From positions 1,792,001 through 1,856,000 of the forward strand of contig CAWEEQ010000004.1 in the NCBI GenBank assembly GCA_963808235.1: a stretch of 64,000 nt of DNA. The letters are read 5' to 3'. This document shows positions 18,596-28,735 of the stretch, in pieces. Under the pieces are notes generated by a model. The model was not told the DNA's origin. It did no database searches and saw only the letters and a list, made by a program, of their open reading frames with translations. The DNA comes from an uncultured delta proteobacterium. Its GTDB lineage: Bacteria; Desulfobacterota; Binatia; Binatales; Binataceae. Position numbers and translations under genes: made by a program. Numbering within the stretch: the first letter of the stretch is position 1; every line of letters starts with the position of its first letter.

Positions 18596-20971
18596 ATGGC
18601 TGAAGGGCAGCCGCGTATAACTGCGTCGGGGATGCGCGCGGCGGGCGCGTACGGGGCGATGATTGCCGCCCTGGTGGTCATTTACCTGGCTATTCGCTCG
18701 TACGGGGAGATGCTTGGAGCGCCCGCTCCGACCAGTGACGCGATTTTCGGATCTGCCGCGGCGCGTGCGAACGCCGGCGAGCTGCTGCACGTGCTGCTCG
18801 CGCTGGTGGTCGTAATCGCGACGGCGCGCGGGCTGGGATCGATTTTCCGCAACGCGCATCAGCCGCCGGTCGTCGGCGAGATAATCGCGGGAATCCTGCT
18901 GGGACCGTCGCTGCTCGGGCGCGTCGCGCCAGGCGCGTCGGCGTACCTGTTTCCGGCCGCGGTCGGCCCGTTTCTGAATATCATCGCGCAGGTCGGCGTG
19001 ATCCTTTACATGTTCCTGGTCGGGCTCGAGCTCGACCCGGCGCTGCTGCGCAAGCGCGGGCACGCGACTATCGCGATCTCCCACGCGAGCATCATCACGC
19101 CGTTTTTGCTCGGCGCATTGATTGCGCTGCTCCTTTATCCGCGCCTGTCGACCAGCGACGTACCGTTCACCTGCTTCTCGCTGTTCCTGGGCGTCTCGAT
19201 GTCGGTGACGGCGTTCCCGGTGCTCGCGAGAATATTGACCGATCGCAAGATTCATAAGACTCGGATGGGTGCGATCGCGCTGACTTGCGCCGCGGTGGAC
19301 GACGTAACCGCGTGGTGCATGCTCGCGTTCGTGGTCAGCGTGGCGCAGTCGGAAAGCACCGGCGCGTTGACGACGATCGCGATGGCGCTCGGGTACATCG
19401 CCCTGATGCTGGTGGTGATACGGCCCGCGATGGTGCGCCTGTCGCTGGTGTACGGAAATCGAGGGCGGCTGACGCAGGGTGTGCTGGCGGCGATCTTCGT
19501 GGCACTGCTCATCTCGGCCTCGGCGACCGAGCTAATCGGGATTCACGCCGTGTTCGGCGCGTTCGCGCTCGGAGCATTGATTCCGCATGACAGCGGGATG
19601 GCGCGCGAACTCTCCGACCGGCTGGAAGATATCGTGATCGTGCTGCTGCTGCCGGCGTTCTTCGCGTACACGGGGCTGCGCACGCAAATCGGCCTAGTCA
19701 GTGGATGGGACCAGTGGATGATTTGCGGGCTGATAGTGATCGTCGCCTCGGCGGGAAAATTCGGCGGCAGCGTGATCGCGGCGCGAATCACCGGTCTCAA
19801 CTGGCGCGACTCGTCGGCGCTCGGCGTGTTGATGAACACCCGCGGGCTGATGGAACTGATCGTGCTGAACATCGGACTCGAGATGAAGGTGATCTCGCCG
19901 ACGCTGTTTGCGATGCTGGTGATCATGGCGCTGGTGACGACCTTTGCGACCACGCCGATTCTGCATCTGATCACGCGCCGCCAGGAGCCGGAGCTGGAAC
20001 CCTCTTCGGCGGAATTCGGAACCTTCTCGCCGGAGCCGGTGATCGCTCAACAACCTTCAAGCCGGTTGCCGCATCCGGCGCCGCGGCCGATTCAGGCTCC
20101 GCCGCGACCGACAATTGCGGCGCACGCGCACAGCGCGATCTTGGTGCCGGTTTCCAATCCCGAGGGCGTCGCGGACCTGATCGAGTTGGCGCTGGCGGCG
20201 ACTCCACACGATGCGCCCGCGCCGCGTGTGCTCGCGCTGGTAAAGACTCCGCCCGGAGGCGCCCGGTCGGGACTGCGAGAAGCCGAGCAGCGGGTGCCAC
20301 CGCGCTCGCTGGCGCTGGCGGCGGCGCTGGATCATGCGGTCGCACGCGGGGGCCAGATTACTCCGCAAGCGGTGTGGACCAATGATCCCGCGACGGACAT
20401 CCTGACGTTCGCGAAAGAGCCGCAAATCGGATGGCTGCTGCTGGGGTCGCATCGCGCGGTATTCGGCTCAGACTTCATGGGCGGCGTGGTCCGCGAGATC
20501 CTGGACCGGGCGCGCGCGATGCCGGTTCATGTCGCCGTGGTCATCCGCGGCGGCGAGCGCCCGCTGGACCGCATCTTCGCCGTGATCGACAAGGGATCGC
20601 ATGGCAAGGCGGCGCTGGACCTGGCGCTCCGAGTTGCGATTCGGAAAAAATCAAGTCTGCACGCGGTGCTGCTGCCGGCCAAAGACAACGCCGCCGATCC
20701 GGAACTGCTCGCGATGATTCGCGACGCGGGTCATACGCTGGGGCGCCGGTTGCATACCGATGTGCTCAGCGCGCCGAGCGCGGCGCAACTCGGCCGGCAA
20801 ACCCCCGGCGGGCTGGTGGTGATCGCGACCAACCTCGCGGACAAAGTGGGACTCTCGCCGGAGAGCTTCGCCGACGGCCGGCGATGCGTCGTGGTGGTCC
20901 AGGGCTCCGATCAGGCGCTGGCAAAAGTCGCGGAGCGCGCAGCGGAACGCAACCGAATCGTGAAGCCGTAG
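18596..20971 (+). CDS. CPA2 cation:proton antiporter with C-terminal USP-like domains
   Basis: QPPVVGEIIAGILLGPSLLG, TAFPVLARIL, AAVDDV, MNTRGLMELIVLNIG; soluble ILVPVSNP tail. Confidence 0.92.
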   Translation: MAEGQPRITASGMRAAGAYGAMIAALVVIYLAIRSYGEMLGAPAPTSDAIFGSAAARANAGELLHVLLALVVVIATARGLGSIFRNAHQPPVVGEIIAGILLGPSLLGRVAPGASAYLFPAAVGPFLNIIAQVGVILYMFLVGLELDPALLRKRGHATIAISHASIITPFLLGALIALLLYPRLSTSDVPFTCFSLFLGVSMSVTAFPVLARILTDRKIHKTRMGAIALTCAAVDDVTAWCMLAFVVSVAQSESTGALTTIAMALGYIALMLVVIRPAMVRLSLVYGNRGRLTQGVLAAIFVALLISASATELIGIHAVFGAFALGALIPHDSGMARELSDRLEDIVIVLLLPAFFAYTGLRTQIGLVSGWDQWMICGLIVIVASAGKFGGSVIAARITGLNWRDSSALGVLMNTRGLMELIVLNIGLEMKVISPTLFAMLVIMALVTTFATTPILHLITRRQEPELEPSSAEFGTFSPEPVIAQQPSSRLPHPAPRPIQAPPRPTIAAHAHSAILVPVSNPEGVADLIELALAATPHDAPAPRVLALVKTPPGGARSGLREAEQRVPPRSLALAAALDHAVARGGQITPQAVWTNDPATDILTFAKEPQIGWLLLGSHRAVFGSDFMGGVVREILDRARAMPVHVAVVIRGGERPLDRIFAVIDKGSHGKAALDLALRVAIRKKSSLHAVLLPAKDNAADPELLAMIRDAGHTLGRRLHTDVLSAPSAAQLGRQTPGGLVVIATNLADKVGLSPESFADGRRCVVVVQGSDQALAKVAERAAERNRIVKP

Positions 20972-20994
20972 GCAGGGCGCCAGCCCCTGCTACT
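20969..20994. terminator. Hairpin between convergent genes
   Basis: GTAGGCAGGG-CGCCAG-CCCCTGCTAC joins the two stop codons. Confidence 0.45.
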
Positions 20995-21587
20995 TCTTGA
21001 TTGCTTCCACGTCTATCGAAATTGCCACTTCGTCGCCGACCATCACGCCACCGGTTTCGAGCGTTTTATTGTAGGTGAGGCCGAAATCGCTGCGGTTGAT
21101 CTTGGCCGTGGCTGAGGCGCCCGCGCGCGTGTTGCCCATCGGATCGTGAATCGGCGCGCCGCTGCTTTCGACCTCGAGGACGACCGGTTTGGTGACTCCA
21201 TGCAAGGTCAGATCGCCGGTTACTTTCCATTTACCCGTGCCGGAGGCTTCAATCCTGGTCGATTTGAAGGTGATAGTCGGGTACTTTTCGAACGTCGAGA
21301 AAGTTTGAACTCTTCAAGTCAGCGTCGCGGCGCGGGACGCGGCTGTTCAGCGATGACGCGTCGATGGTTGCGTCGATTTTCGCGGTAGTCGGATCGGTGC
21401 CCTGGATGGTGATGGTCCCCGAGGTTTTCTCGAAATTTCCCTTGACGTTGGAGATCATCATATGACGCACCGTAAACTCGACGTTGGTGTGCATGGGATC
21501 GATCTGCCAGGTGTCGGCATGAGCGAGGACGGGTAGCGCGAGGCTGATTGCAAGCGCGATTGCTGATTTCGAAATCCAGGGTCTCAT
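20990..21587 (-). pseudogene. YceI-family protein with a +1 frameshift near 21291 (possibly a sequencing error)
   Basis: Signal peptide, WQIDPMHT.VEF.VRHMMIS.VKG, RDADLKS..FLDV; continues in the next frame as EKYPTITFKST...GDLTLHGVTKPV...RSDFGL. Confidence 0.85.
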
Positions 21588-21754
21588 AGAGGCTCCTTCG
21601 ATGGTTGAGCGGTTGTTGGGATCGATGCGCGCCGAAAAAGCATTCGGCCAAGATTGCCTCATCTCGATGCGTTTGGGTAGCCGGGAATCAAATTGCACCG
21701 GTGAGAGTATCTTTTCGACTGAGTCGCACGTCCTACCTATGAGAGGAGTCTGAA

Positions 21755-22744
21755 ATGTTCGAAGAACCCGCTTCCGACCAAATGGCAAAGCAACTGCGCG
21801 AGGCCTGGTTCCGCTATCTCAATGCAATCGGACCGGTTCGTCCCGCGCTGTATCGCTATTGCCGGCGCATTACCCGCGACATTTGGGAGGCAGAGGACCT
21901 GTTGCAGGAAACGATGCTCAAGGGGTTTGGCTCGATCGGACGTGGAGATTTGTGCGGCGGCCCTGACGCGCCGGTAAGAGATTCGCGCGCATATCTTTTC
22001 CGAATAGCGACCAATCTCTGGATTGACCAGGTGCGGCGCAGTCAAATCAGGTGGGACGAAGACGCAGGAAAGCCTTCGACCCAGCCGGAACAGGCGGTAT
22101 CGACCCGGGATGCGGTCTCGGTCCTGGTCGCACGCGTGGCACCGCAACAACGCGCCGCGGTGGTGCTCAAAGACGTGTTTAATTTTACCCTGGAGGAGAT
22201 CGCAGAGATGCTGTCGACTACGGTCGGCGCAATCAAGTCAGCTTTGCATCGAGGGCGCGCAAACCTGGAGAAAACGAAAGGTATCGGGCGCTCCATGTCC
22301 CGAGGCCCATCGAAAGAGCTGATCGATCGCCTGGTCGAGGCGTTCAATTCGCGTGATGTAGACCGGGTGACGGCCCTATTGTTGGAGAACGTGACGCTCG
22401 AAGTGCCCGGAGTTGGCGGCGACCGCGGCAAAAATATGAGCTGGCTGCGCACATCCTCCGAGGAATCGACCGCAGAGGCCGTGATGTATGACGGCGAGTG
22501 GATCGTTGTGCAATGGGGCGGTCCACGGTCTGCCCGGATCCTGGTGACGGTTGAACGTTTTGAAGAAGAAGACGGGTGTGTCGGCCGAATATACGAATAC
22601 TTCTACTGTCCTGAAACGCTTGCGGAGATCGCCAGCGAACTTGGATCTCGGGCACGGCCGCACGGGCATCACCAGCTTCCCGACGTTTTGTCGAGGATGA
22701 TTTCGTCGGCCGCCCTTCCCTGGAACTCAACCTCGATCGGATAA
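21755..22744 (+). CDS. ECF sigma-70 factor with SnoaL-like C-terminal extension
   Basis: AEDLLQET, AYLFRIATN, QRAAVVLKDVF..EEIAEML.TTVGAIKSALHRGR, followed by an AFN.RD..V.ALL domain. Confidence 0.88.
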   Translation: MFEEPASDQMAKQLREAWFRYLNAIGPVRPALYRYCRRITRDIWEAEDLLQETMLKGFGSIGRGDLCGGPDAPVRDSRAYLFRIATNLWIDQVRRSQIRWDEDAGKPSTQPEQAVSTRDAVSVLVARVAPQQRAAVVLKDVFNFTLEEIAEMLSTTVGAIKSALHRGRANLEKTKGIGRSMSRGPSKELIDRLVEAFNSRDVDRVTALLLENVTLEVPGVGGDRGKNMSWLRTSSEESTAEAVMYDGEWIVVQWGGPRSARILVTVERFEEEDGCVGRIYEYFYCPETLAEIASELGSRARPHGHHQLPDVLSRMISSAALPWNSTSIG

Positions 22745-22783
22745 CCTCCTCCCGTCGCGGGCGTCTTTCGCCGGGCTATCCAG

Positions 22784-24088
22784 TCAATCGGCGGATTCAG
22801 ATCTTCCTACGGACTTCAGGCGGGTTAGCAGGACGATGCCTGATAGGAGCGTGACCGCGCCGCATATTACTACCGTTCCTTCAGGGCCGAAGTGACTGCC
22901 CATGTAGCCTACTTCGAGTGCTCCTAGCGGAGTCATCCCGACTGCGGCGAGTTGATAGGTGCTCATCACGCGGCCGCGCAGGTCGTCGGAGACGAATAGC
23001 TGCACCAGCGTGTTGTTGCTCGCTCTGAAGTTGGTCAGGCCCGCGCCGATGACGAGCTGCGCGACCATCGAGAGAATCATCGAGCGCGACATCCCGAAGA
23101 CTGCGATTCCGAGCGCGGAGACGAATAGCCCGAGGATCAGATTGTTTCTGATCCCCGTCGTCGTGGTGCGTCTGGCGAGAGTCGCGGCGCCGAGAACGGA
23201 GCCGAGTCCCTGGATTGCGACCAGAAATCCGTAAGTGCGCGCGTCACCGTGCAGCACGTTCTTCGCGAACAGCGGGACGAGCACCAGATATTGGTAGCCG
23301 AAGCCGTTGGTCACCGCCGCCAAAGCCATCTGATGGAAGATCGGCCGATTGGCCCATACGTAGGCAAGTCCTTCGCGCAGTTGATGGAACATGCGGGTGC
23401 CGATACCGGCGATCAAGCGGGCGGGGATGTCCATCTGAAAGAGGCTCCAGATGACGGCGAGAAAACTGAGGCCGTTCAGAAAGAAACAGGTCCCGATACC
23501 GAGCCATGCGATGAGCAAACCCGCGGCGGCCGGGCCGAGCATCCGCGCGCTGTTGAACATCATCGAGTTGAGCGCGATCGCATTGGCGAGATCTTCGTAA
23601 CCAACCATCTCAACTACGAACGATTGGCGGCCGGGCATATCGAACGATCCGACGGTGCCGTTGAACGCGGCGAGCAGGATCACGTACTCGACGCGAACGG
23701 TGCCGGTCCAGGTCAGCGTCGCCAGGGTGAAGGCGCTCAGCATCAGCAGAATCTGGGTGGCGATTATCAGGCGGCGACGATCGAGTCGGTCGACCATGAC
23801 GCCGGCGAACAAGCCGACCAGCAGGATGGGAGTGAATTGCGCGAACGAGACGACGCCGAGCATGAAAGAGGAATTCGTCAGCTTCAGCACCAGCCACGCC
23901 TGCGCGGCGGATTGCATCCAGGTGCCGGCGAGCGAGACGAGCTGGCCGAAGAAATATAGGCGATAGTTGCGATGACGCAGCGCGCGGAAGGCGCCGCGGC
24001 TCTCGCTTGGTGTGTCGTTGTCGTCCGACGGTTGGAGCTGGCCGGGCTCGCCAGTCTCCGCCCCGGGCGCAGAATCGAATTCAGACAC
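22784..24088 (-). CDS. MFS transporter
   Basis: ALRHRNYRLYFFGQLVS, motif A GVMVDRLDRRR, about 12 TMs; GTG start overlaps the upstream stop. Confidence 0.92.
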   Translation of the reverse strand: MSEFDSAPGAETGEPGQLQPSDDNDTPSESRGAFRALRHRNYRLYFFGQLVSLAGTWMQSAAQAWLVLKLTNSSFMLGVVSFAQFTPILLVGLFAGVMVDRLDRRRLIIATQILLMLSAFTLATLTWTGTVRVEYVILLAAFNGTVGSFDMPGRQSFVVEMVGYEDLANAIALNSMMFNSARMLGPAAAGLLIAWLGIGTCFFLNGLSFLAVIWSLFQMDIPARLIAGIGTRMFHQLREGLAYVWANRPIFHQMALAAVTNGFGYQYLVLVPLFAKNVLHGDARTYGFLVAIQGLGSVLGAATLARRTTTTGIRNNLILGLFVSALGIAVFGMSRSMILSMVAQLVIGAGLTNFRASNNTLVQLFVSDDLRGRVMSTYQLAAVGMTPLGALEVGYMGSHFGPEGTVVICGAVTLLSGIVLLTRLKSVGRSESAD

Positions 24089-24836
24089 GGCGGGCCGACT
24101 TGTTGTTGAAGGCCGCGATGCGATCGCGCATGTCGGGACCGACGCCCGCGTTTCGATAAACTTCGTACGAGAGGCCGGCGCCGAGCGGCAGGCCATCGGT
24201 CTCGATCAGGAGGCGCTTGTTGGCGCGATGGCTGAACCATGAGTTGGCGAGAATGGTCGCGGCGAGCTTGCGCAGTTCGGCGTCGAAGGAGTCATCAGGA
24301 ACGCAGATATTCGCGAGGCCCATCGCGACGGCCTCGACGCCAGAGTAAGTGCGGCAGGTCAGCATCATCTCGCGCGCCTTCGAGACACCGACCCGCCTCG
24401 GCAGGCGCTGACTCATCCCCCAGATCGGAGTAAGCGCCCATCGCGCGTGAGTATCGGCGAATTTTGCGGACTCGGACGCGACAATCAGATCGCCGGCCAG
24501 CGCTAGCTCGAGCGCGCCCGTGTAGCAATGTCCGTGAACCGCGGAGACGACCGGTTGCGGCAGGTTCGCCAGGTGCTCGATAGTGTCGGACTGGAAGTTG
24601 GGCTTCGGCGGGCGCTCGCCCTTTGCGATGTCGGCGAGATCGTGGCCCGCGGAAAAACATTTGCCCGCGCCGCGGACGATGACCAGGCCTATACGATCGG
24701 TCTCGCTGGCAATCCGATCGACGTGGGCGCGGAGCTCGATGAACATCTCGACGTTCAGCGAATTCAGTTTCTCGGGGCGATTCAGGGTGAGAGTCGCGAG
24801 GCCGTCATGATCTTCGCGAAGCACTAATTCGGACAT
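24081..24836 (-). CDS. Enoyl-CoA hydratase/isomerase family protein
   Basis: TLNRPEKLN, FSAGHDL, GALELALAGD, FADTH. Confidence 0.92.
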   Translation of the reverse strand: MSELVLREDHDGLATLTLNRPEKLNSLNVEMFIELRAHVDRIASETDRIGLVIVRGAGKCFSAGHDLADIAKGERPPKPNFQSDTIEHLANLPQPVVSAVHGHCYTGALELALAGDLIVASESAKFADTHARWALTPIWGMSQRLPRRVGVSKAREMMLTCRTYSGVEAVAMGLANICVPDDSFDAELRKLAATILANSWFSHRANKRLLIETDGLPLGAGLSYEVYRNAGVGPDMRDRIAAFNNKSARRV

Positions 24837-24955
24837 GATGGGTTTCCTCCGATCGAAGATCGCAGACTAACTACCATGGTCGAGGTTCGCAATTGCGATT
24901 GCGGCGTATTAAAGATTCGATGAGACGATATCCGGTGAGTGGCCAGGAGTAATCG

Positions 24956-26506
24956 ATGAGTCGGATGAATGGCGCGGAGAGCCTGATTCGAGTTGCGCTC
25001 GCCGCGGGCGTCGATACTTGTTTCGCAAATCCGGGCACGACCGAGATGCCACTGGTCGCGGCGCTCGACTCGGTACCCGGGATGCGCGCGGTGCTCGGCT
25101 TGTTCGAGGGTGTGTGCACCGGCGCCGCGGATGGATACGCGAGGATGTCGCGCAAGCCCGCGATGACGCTGTTGCATCTTGGGCCGGGGCTCGCCAACGG
25201 GCTCGCGAATCTGCACAACGCGCGGCGTGCGCATACGCCGGTCGTGAACGTGATAGGAGATCACGCGACGTGGCATCGCGGGGCCGACGCGCCACTCACG
25301 AGCGACATCGTATCGCTCGCGTCGCCAATGTCCGGATGGGTGGGGACGAGCAAATCGGCGCATGCAGTCGGCGGTGATATGGCCGATGCGATTGCGGCGT
25401 CGATGGCTCCGCCCGGACAGGTCGCGACGTTGATCGTACCGTCGGACTGTCAGTGGGACGACGCAGAGACAGTAGCGACTCCTCGCGCAGTTGCGAAGTC
25501 GGCGAAGGTCGCAGACGGCACTATCGCGCGCATCGCAACGATTCTCAAAAGTGGCAAACCGGCGACGATCCTGCTGGGCGGACACGCGCTGTCGGAACAA
25601 GGACTCAAGACGGCGGCGAGAATCGCAGCAGGCTCGGGATGCTCGCTGATGGTCGAGACGTTTGCGGCGCGGATCGAGCGAGGCGCCGGAATTCCGTCGC
25701 CGGCTCGTCTCCCCTACTTTCCCGAGCAGGCAATCGAGGCACTGAAGGACACCGGGACTCTCGTTCTTGCCGCGGCGCTCGAGCCGGTCGCGTTTTTCGG
25801 CTACCCCCGGCTGCCAAGCAAACTCGCGCCTGAAGGATGCAACGTCGAGGTGCTTGCGACAGTTGCGGAAGACGTAGGCGGCGCGCTGGAGCATCTCGCG
25901 GATGCGATCGGCGCGCCGAAGACGGTTGCCTCAGCACCGAGCAAACCGCCGCCACGACCGGCGGGCAAGCTCGACCCGGTGAGCCTCGGCGCCGCGCTCG
26001 CCAACCTTCAGCCCGACGGTGCGATTATCGTCGATGAAAGCGCGACTTCTGGCGGCGCTTACTCCTCGATGGCTCCTGGAGCCGCCCGGCACACCTGCCT
26101 TGCGCTGACCGGCGGTGCGATTGGTCAAGGACTTCCCTGTGCGACCGGCGCAGCGATCGCATGTCCCGACCGGCGCGTGATATCGCTCCAGGCGGACGGC
26201 AGCGCGATGTACACGGTCCAGGCGCTGTGGACGCAGGCGCGCGAGCGGCTCAACGTCACGACGCTTTTGTGCTCGAACCATGCCTACCGGATTCTGCAGA
26301 TCGAGTTGATGCGCGCGGGCACCACCGAACCGGGCCACAACGCGCGGACCCTGACCGACCTTGCTTCACCGGAGATCGGATGGGCCGAGATAGCTCGCGG
26401 GCTCGGAGTGCCGGGGGTGCGAGTCGAGACTGCGGATGATTTGATGAAGCATCTGGGAGATGCGCTCAAAGCCGAGGGGCCTCATCTGATTGAAGTAATG
26501 CTCTGA
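24956..26506 (+). CDS. ThDP-dependent enzyme (acetolactate synthase large subunit-like)
   Basis: FANPGTTE, GAADGYARM, LHLGPG, ADGSAMY...N ThDP motif. Confidence 0.9.
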   Translation: MSRMNGAESLIRVALAAGVDTCFANPGTTEMPLVAALDSVPGMRAVLGLFEGVCTGAADGYARMSRKPAMTLLHLGPGLANGLANLHNARRAHTPVVNVIGDHATWHRGADAPLTSDIVSLASPMSGWVGTSKSAHAVGGDMADAIAASMAPPGQVATLIVPSDCQWDDAETVATPRAVAKSAKVADGTIARIATILKSGKPATILLGGHALSEQGLKTAARIAAGSGCSLMVETFAARIERGAGIPSPARLPYFPEQAIEALKDTGTLVLAAALEPVAFFGYPRLPSKLAPEGCNVEVLATVAEDVGGALEHLADAIGAPKTVASAPSKPPPRPAGKLDPVSLGAALANLQPDGAIIVDESATSGGAYSSMAPGAARHTCLALTGGAIGQGLPCATGAAIACPDRRVISLQADGSAMYTVQALWTQARERLNVTTLLCSNHAYRILQIELMRAGTTEPGHNARTLTDLASPEIGWAEIARGLGVPGVRVETADDLMKHLGDALKAEGPHLIEVML

Positions 26507-26575
26507 GTAACGAAACCAGCTATACGAGTGAGTAATCTCGTTTTAACGAATAAGTAATGCCTTCGGGAGGTTGAT

Positions 26576-27484
26576 ATGAGCGAAAATATAATCCGGGTCA
26601 CTGAGCTTGGCTATATGGGTGTCGGAGTAAAAAACCTCGAGGAGTGGAAGAATTTCGCGACTAGTATAGTTGGGTTGGAGCTCGCGGATGAAGGCGAGCC
26701 GGATCGATGCTATTTGCGGATGGACTATCAGCATCATCGAATCGTCCTGCACGCCGATGGCAGCGATGATCTGTCATACCTGGGTTTTCGCGTAGCGGGC
26801 GCGGAGGAATTCGCGGCGATGCAGGGTCAGCTAGCCGCGTCGGGAATAAAATTTCGGGTTGGCTCACAGGAAGAGGCCGCCGAGCGCCGGGTGCTCGAAG
26901 TCCTCAAACTGAACGACCCTGACGGGAATCCGATCGAGATATTCCATGGGCCGCTGGTTGAATTCAGCAAACCGTTTCATCCCGGCCGCGCGATGCATGG
27001 ACGCTTCAAGACTGGAACAGGTGGACTCGGCCATACCATCATACGCGAAAAAGACATTACCGCCGCGCAACGTTTCTATACTCAGTTGGGAATGCGTGGC
27101 GGAGTGGAATACAAGATTCCAATGGGGAAGCAATCTCTCGACTTGGTATTCATGCATTGCAATGATCGCGATCACACCGTGGCGTTTGGCGTCCCGGGAT
27201 CGGACCGGAGAATCAATCATCTGATGATCGAAGTGGATAGTCTGGACGACGTTGGACTGACCTATGATTTGGTTCGCAAGAACAAGATCCCGGTCACAAT
27301 CACACCGGGCAAACATTCAAACGACCATATGTACTCATTCTACTTTCGCAATCCCTCCGGATGGATGTTCGAGTATGGATGGGGCGCGCGGGCCGCTACC
27401 TATCAGTCGGAACACCATAACGGCGATATGTATGGGCATCAGTTCCAGGCCGACGCTTTCGATGTGAACACGGAAAAGCGATAA
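26576..27484 (+). CDS. Extradiol ring-cleavage dioxygenase (BphC/HsaC-like, VOC family)
   Basis: ELGYMG, YLRMD, GLGH, HCNDRDH, NHLMIEV, GKHSND, SFYF.NPSG..FEYG. Confidence 0.92.
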   Translation: MSENIIRVTELGYMGVGVKNLEEWKNFATSIVGLELADEGEPDRCYLRMDYQHHRIVLHADGSDDLSYLGFRVAGAEEFAAMQGQLAASGIKFRVGSQEEAAERRVLEVLKLNDPDGNPIEIFHGPLVEFSKPFHPGRAMHGRFKTGTGGLGHTIIREKDITAAQRFYTQLGMRGGVEYKIPMGKQSLDLVFMHCNDRDHTVAFGVPGSDRRINHLMIEVDSLDDVGLTYDLVRKNKIPVTITPGKHSNDHMYSFYFRNPSGWMFEYGWGARAATYQSEHHNGDMYGHQFQADAFDVNTEKR

Positions 27485-27490
27485 GTAATT

Positions 27491-27521
27491 GAATCTTGAA
27501 TCGCAGAGAATCTTGAATCGC
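27491..27521 (+). repeat. Direct repeat GAATCTTGAATCGC, two copies with 17-bp period
   Basis: Exact 14-mer duplicated in the dioxygenase-ACAD spacer. Confidence 0.6.
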
Positions 27522-27550
27522 GAAGTCAGACCTAATAGGACCAGTGGTAT

Positions 27551-28735
27551 ATGAGCGATCTTGAAACCTTTCGTAAAGAAACGCGGGCATGGCTCGAGGC
27601 CAACTGCCCAGCCGAAATGCGCCGTCCGATGCAGAGTGAAGAAGAAACCTGCTGGGGCGGCCGGCATTGGAAATTCCAATCCGATGCGCAGCGACTTTGG
27701 CTCGAACGCATGGGAGAAAAGGGCTGGACGGTGCCCGAATGGCCGCGTGAGTATGGCGGCGGCGGACTCTCACGCGATCAGGCAAAAATCCTGGGCCAGG
27801 AGATGCGCGCGATCAATGCGCGCTCCCCGCTGAGCAGTTTCGGGATCTGGATGCTTGGCCCCGCGCTGCTCAAGTATGGATCGGAAGAACAGAAGCACGA
27901 GCATCTGCCGAAAATCGCGCGCGGCGAGATTCGATGGTGCCAGGGATATTCGGAACCGGGCTCGGGCTCCGACCTCGCGTCGCTGCAGACCCGCGCCGAG
28001 GACAAGGGCGATCAGTTCCTCGTAAACGGATCGAAGATTTGGACCTCGTACGCCGACCACGCCGACTGGATCTTCTGCCTGGTCCGCACCGACCCGAACG
28101 CGCCCAAACACGACGGAATCAGTTTTCTGCTGTTCGACATGGAGAGTCCCGGCGTCTCGACCAAGCCGATCACTCTCATCTCAGGCGCATCGCCATTTTG
28201 CCAGACTTTTTTCGACGACGTGCTGGTGCCGAAGGCGAACCTGGTCGGCAAACTGAACAAGGGATGGGATATCGCGAAGTATCTGCTCACACACGAGCGC
28301 GACATGATCGGCGGCATGGGCACCAGCGCCGCGGACAATCGCTCGCTCGGGCAGATTGCGAGCGAGACGATCGGAACTGAGAATGGAGTGCTCGCCGACA
28401 CGATTTTGCGCGGCCAGATCGCGGCGTTGGAGATCGACGCGCTCGCGTTCCGGCTCACGATGGAACGCGTCGGCGACATGGCCAAGGTCGGGCAGGCGCA
28501 TCCGGCGGTTTCCTCGCTGCTCAAATATTACGGCACCGAGCTTAACAAACGGCGGATGGAATTGGTCATGGCAGCAGGCGGTTCCGACGCGCTGGAATGG
28601 GAAGGAGAGCACTCGCGCGAAGGACGCACCGCGCGCGCATGGTTGCGCTCGAAAGCCAACTCGATCGAGGGCGGGACCAGCGAGGTTCAGTTGAACATCG
28701 TCGCCAAACGAATTCTGGGCTTGCCGGGCGCGTAA
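27551..28735 (+). CDS. Acyl-CoA dehydrogenase (heteromeric type, first subunit)
   Basis: WCQGYSEPGSGSDLASL, NGSKIWTS, SIEGGTSEVQ. Confidence 0.93.
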   Translation: MSDLETFRKETRAWLEANCPAEMRRPMQSEEETCWGGRHWKFQSDAQRLWLERMGEKGWTVPEWPREYGGGGLSRDQAKILGQEMRAINARSPLSSFGIWMLGPALLKYGSEEQKHEHLPKIARGEIRWCQGYSEPGSGSDLASLQTRAEDKGDQFLVNGSKIWTSYADHADWIFCLVRTDPNAPKHDGISFLLFDMESPGVSTKPITLISGASPFCQTFFDDVLVPKANLVGKLNKGWDIAKYLLTHERDMIGGMGTSAADNRSLGQIASETIGTENGVLADTILRGQIAALEIDALAFRLTMERVGDMAKVGQAHPAVSSLLKYYGTELNKRRMELVMAAGGSDALEWEGEHSREGRTARAWLRSKANSIEGGTSEVQLNIVAKRILGLPGA

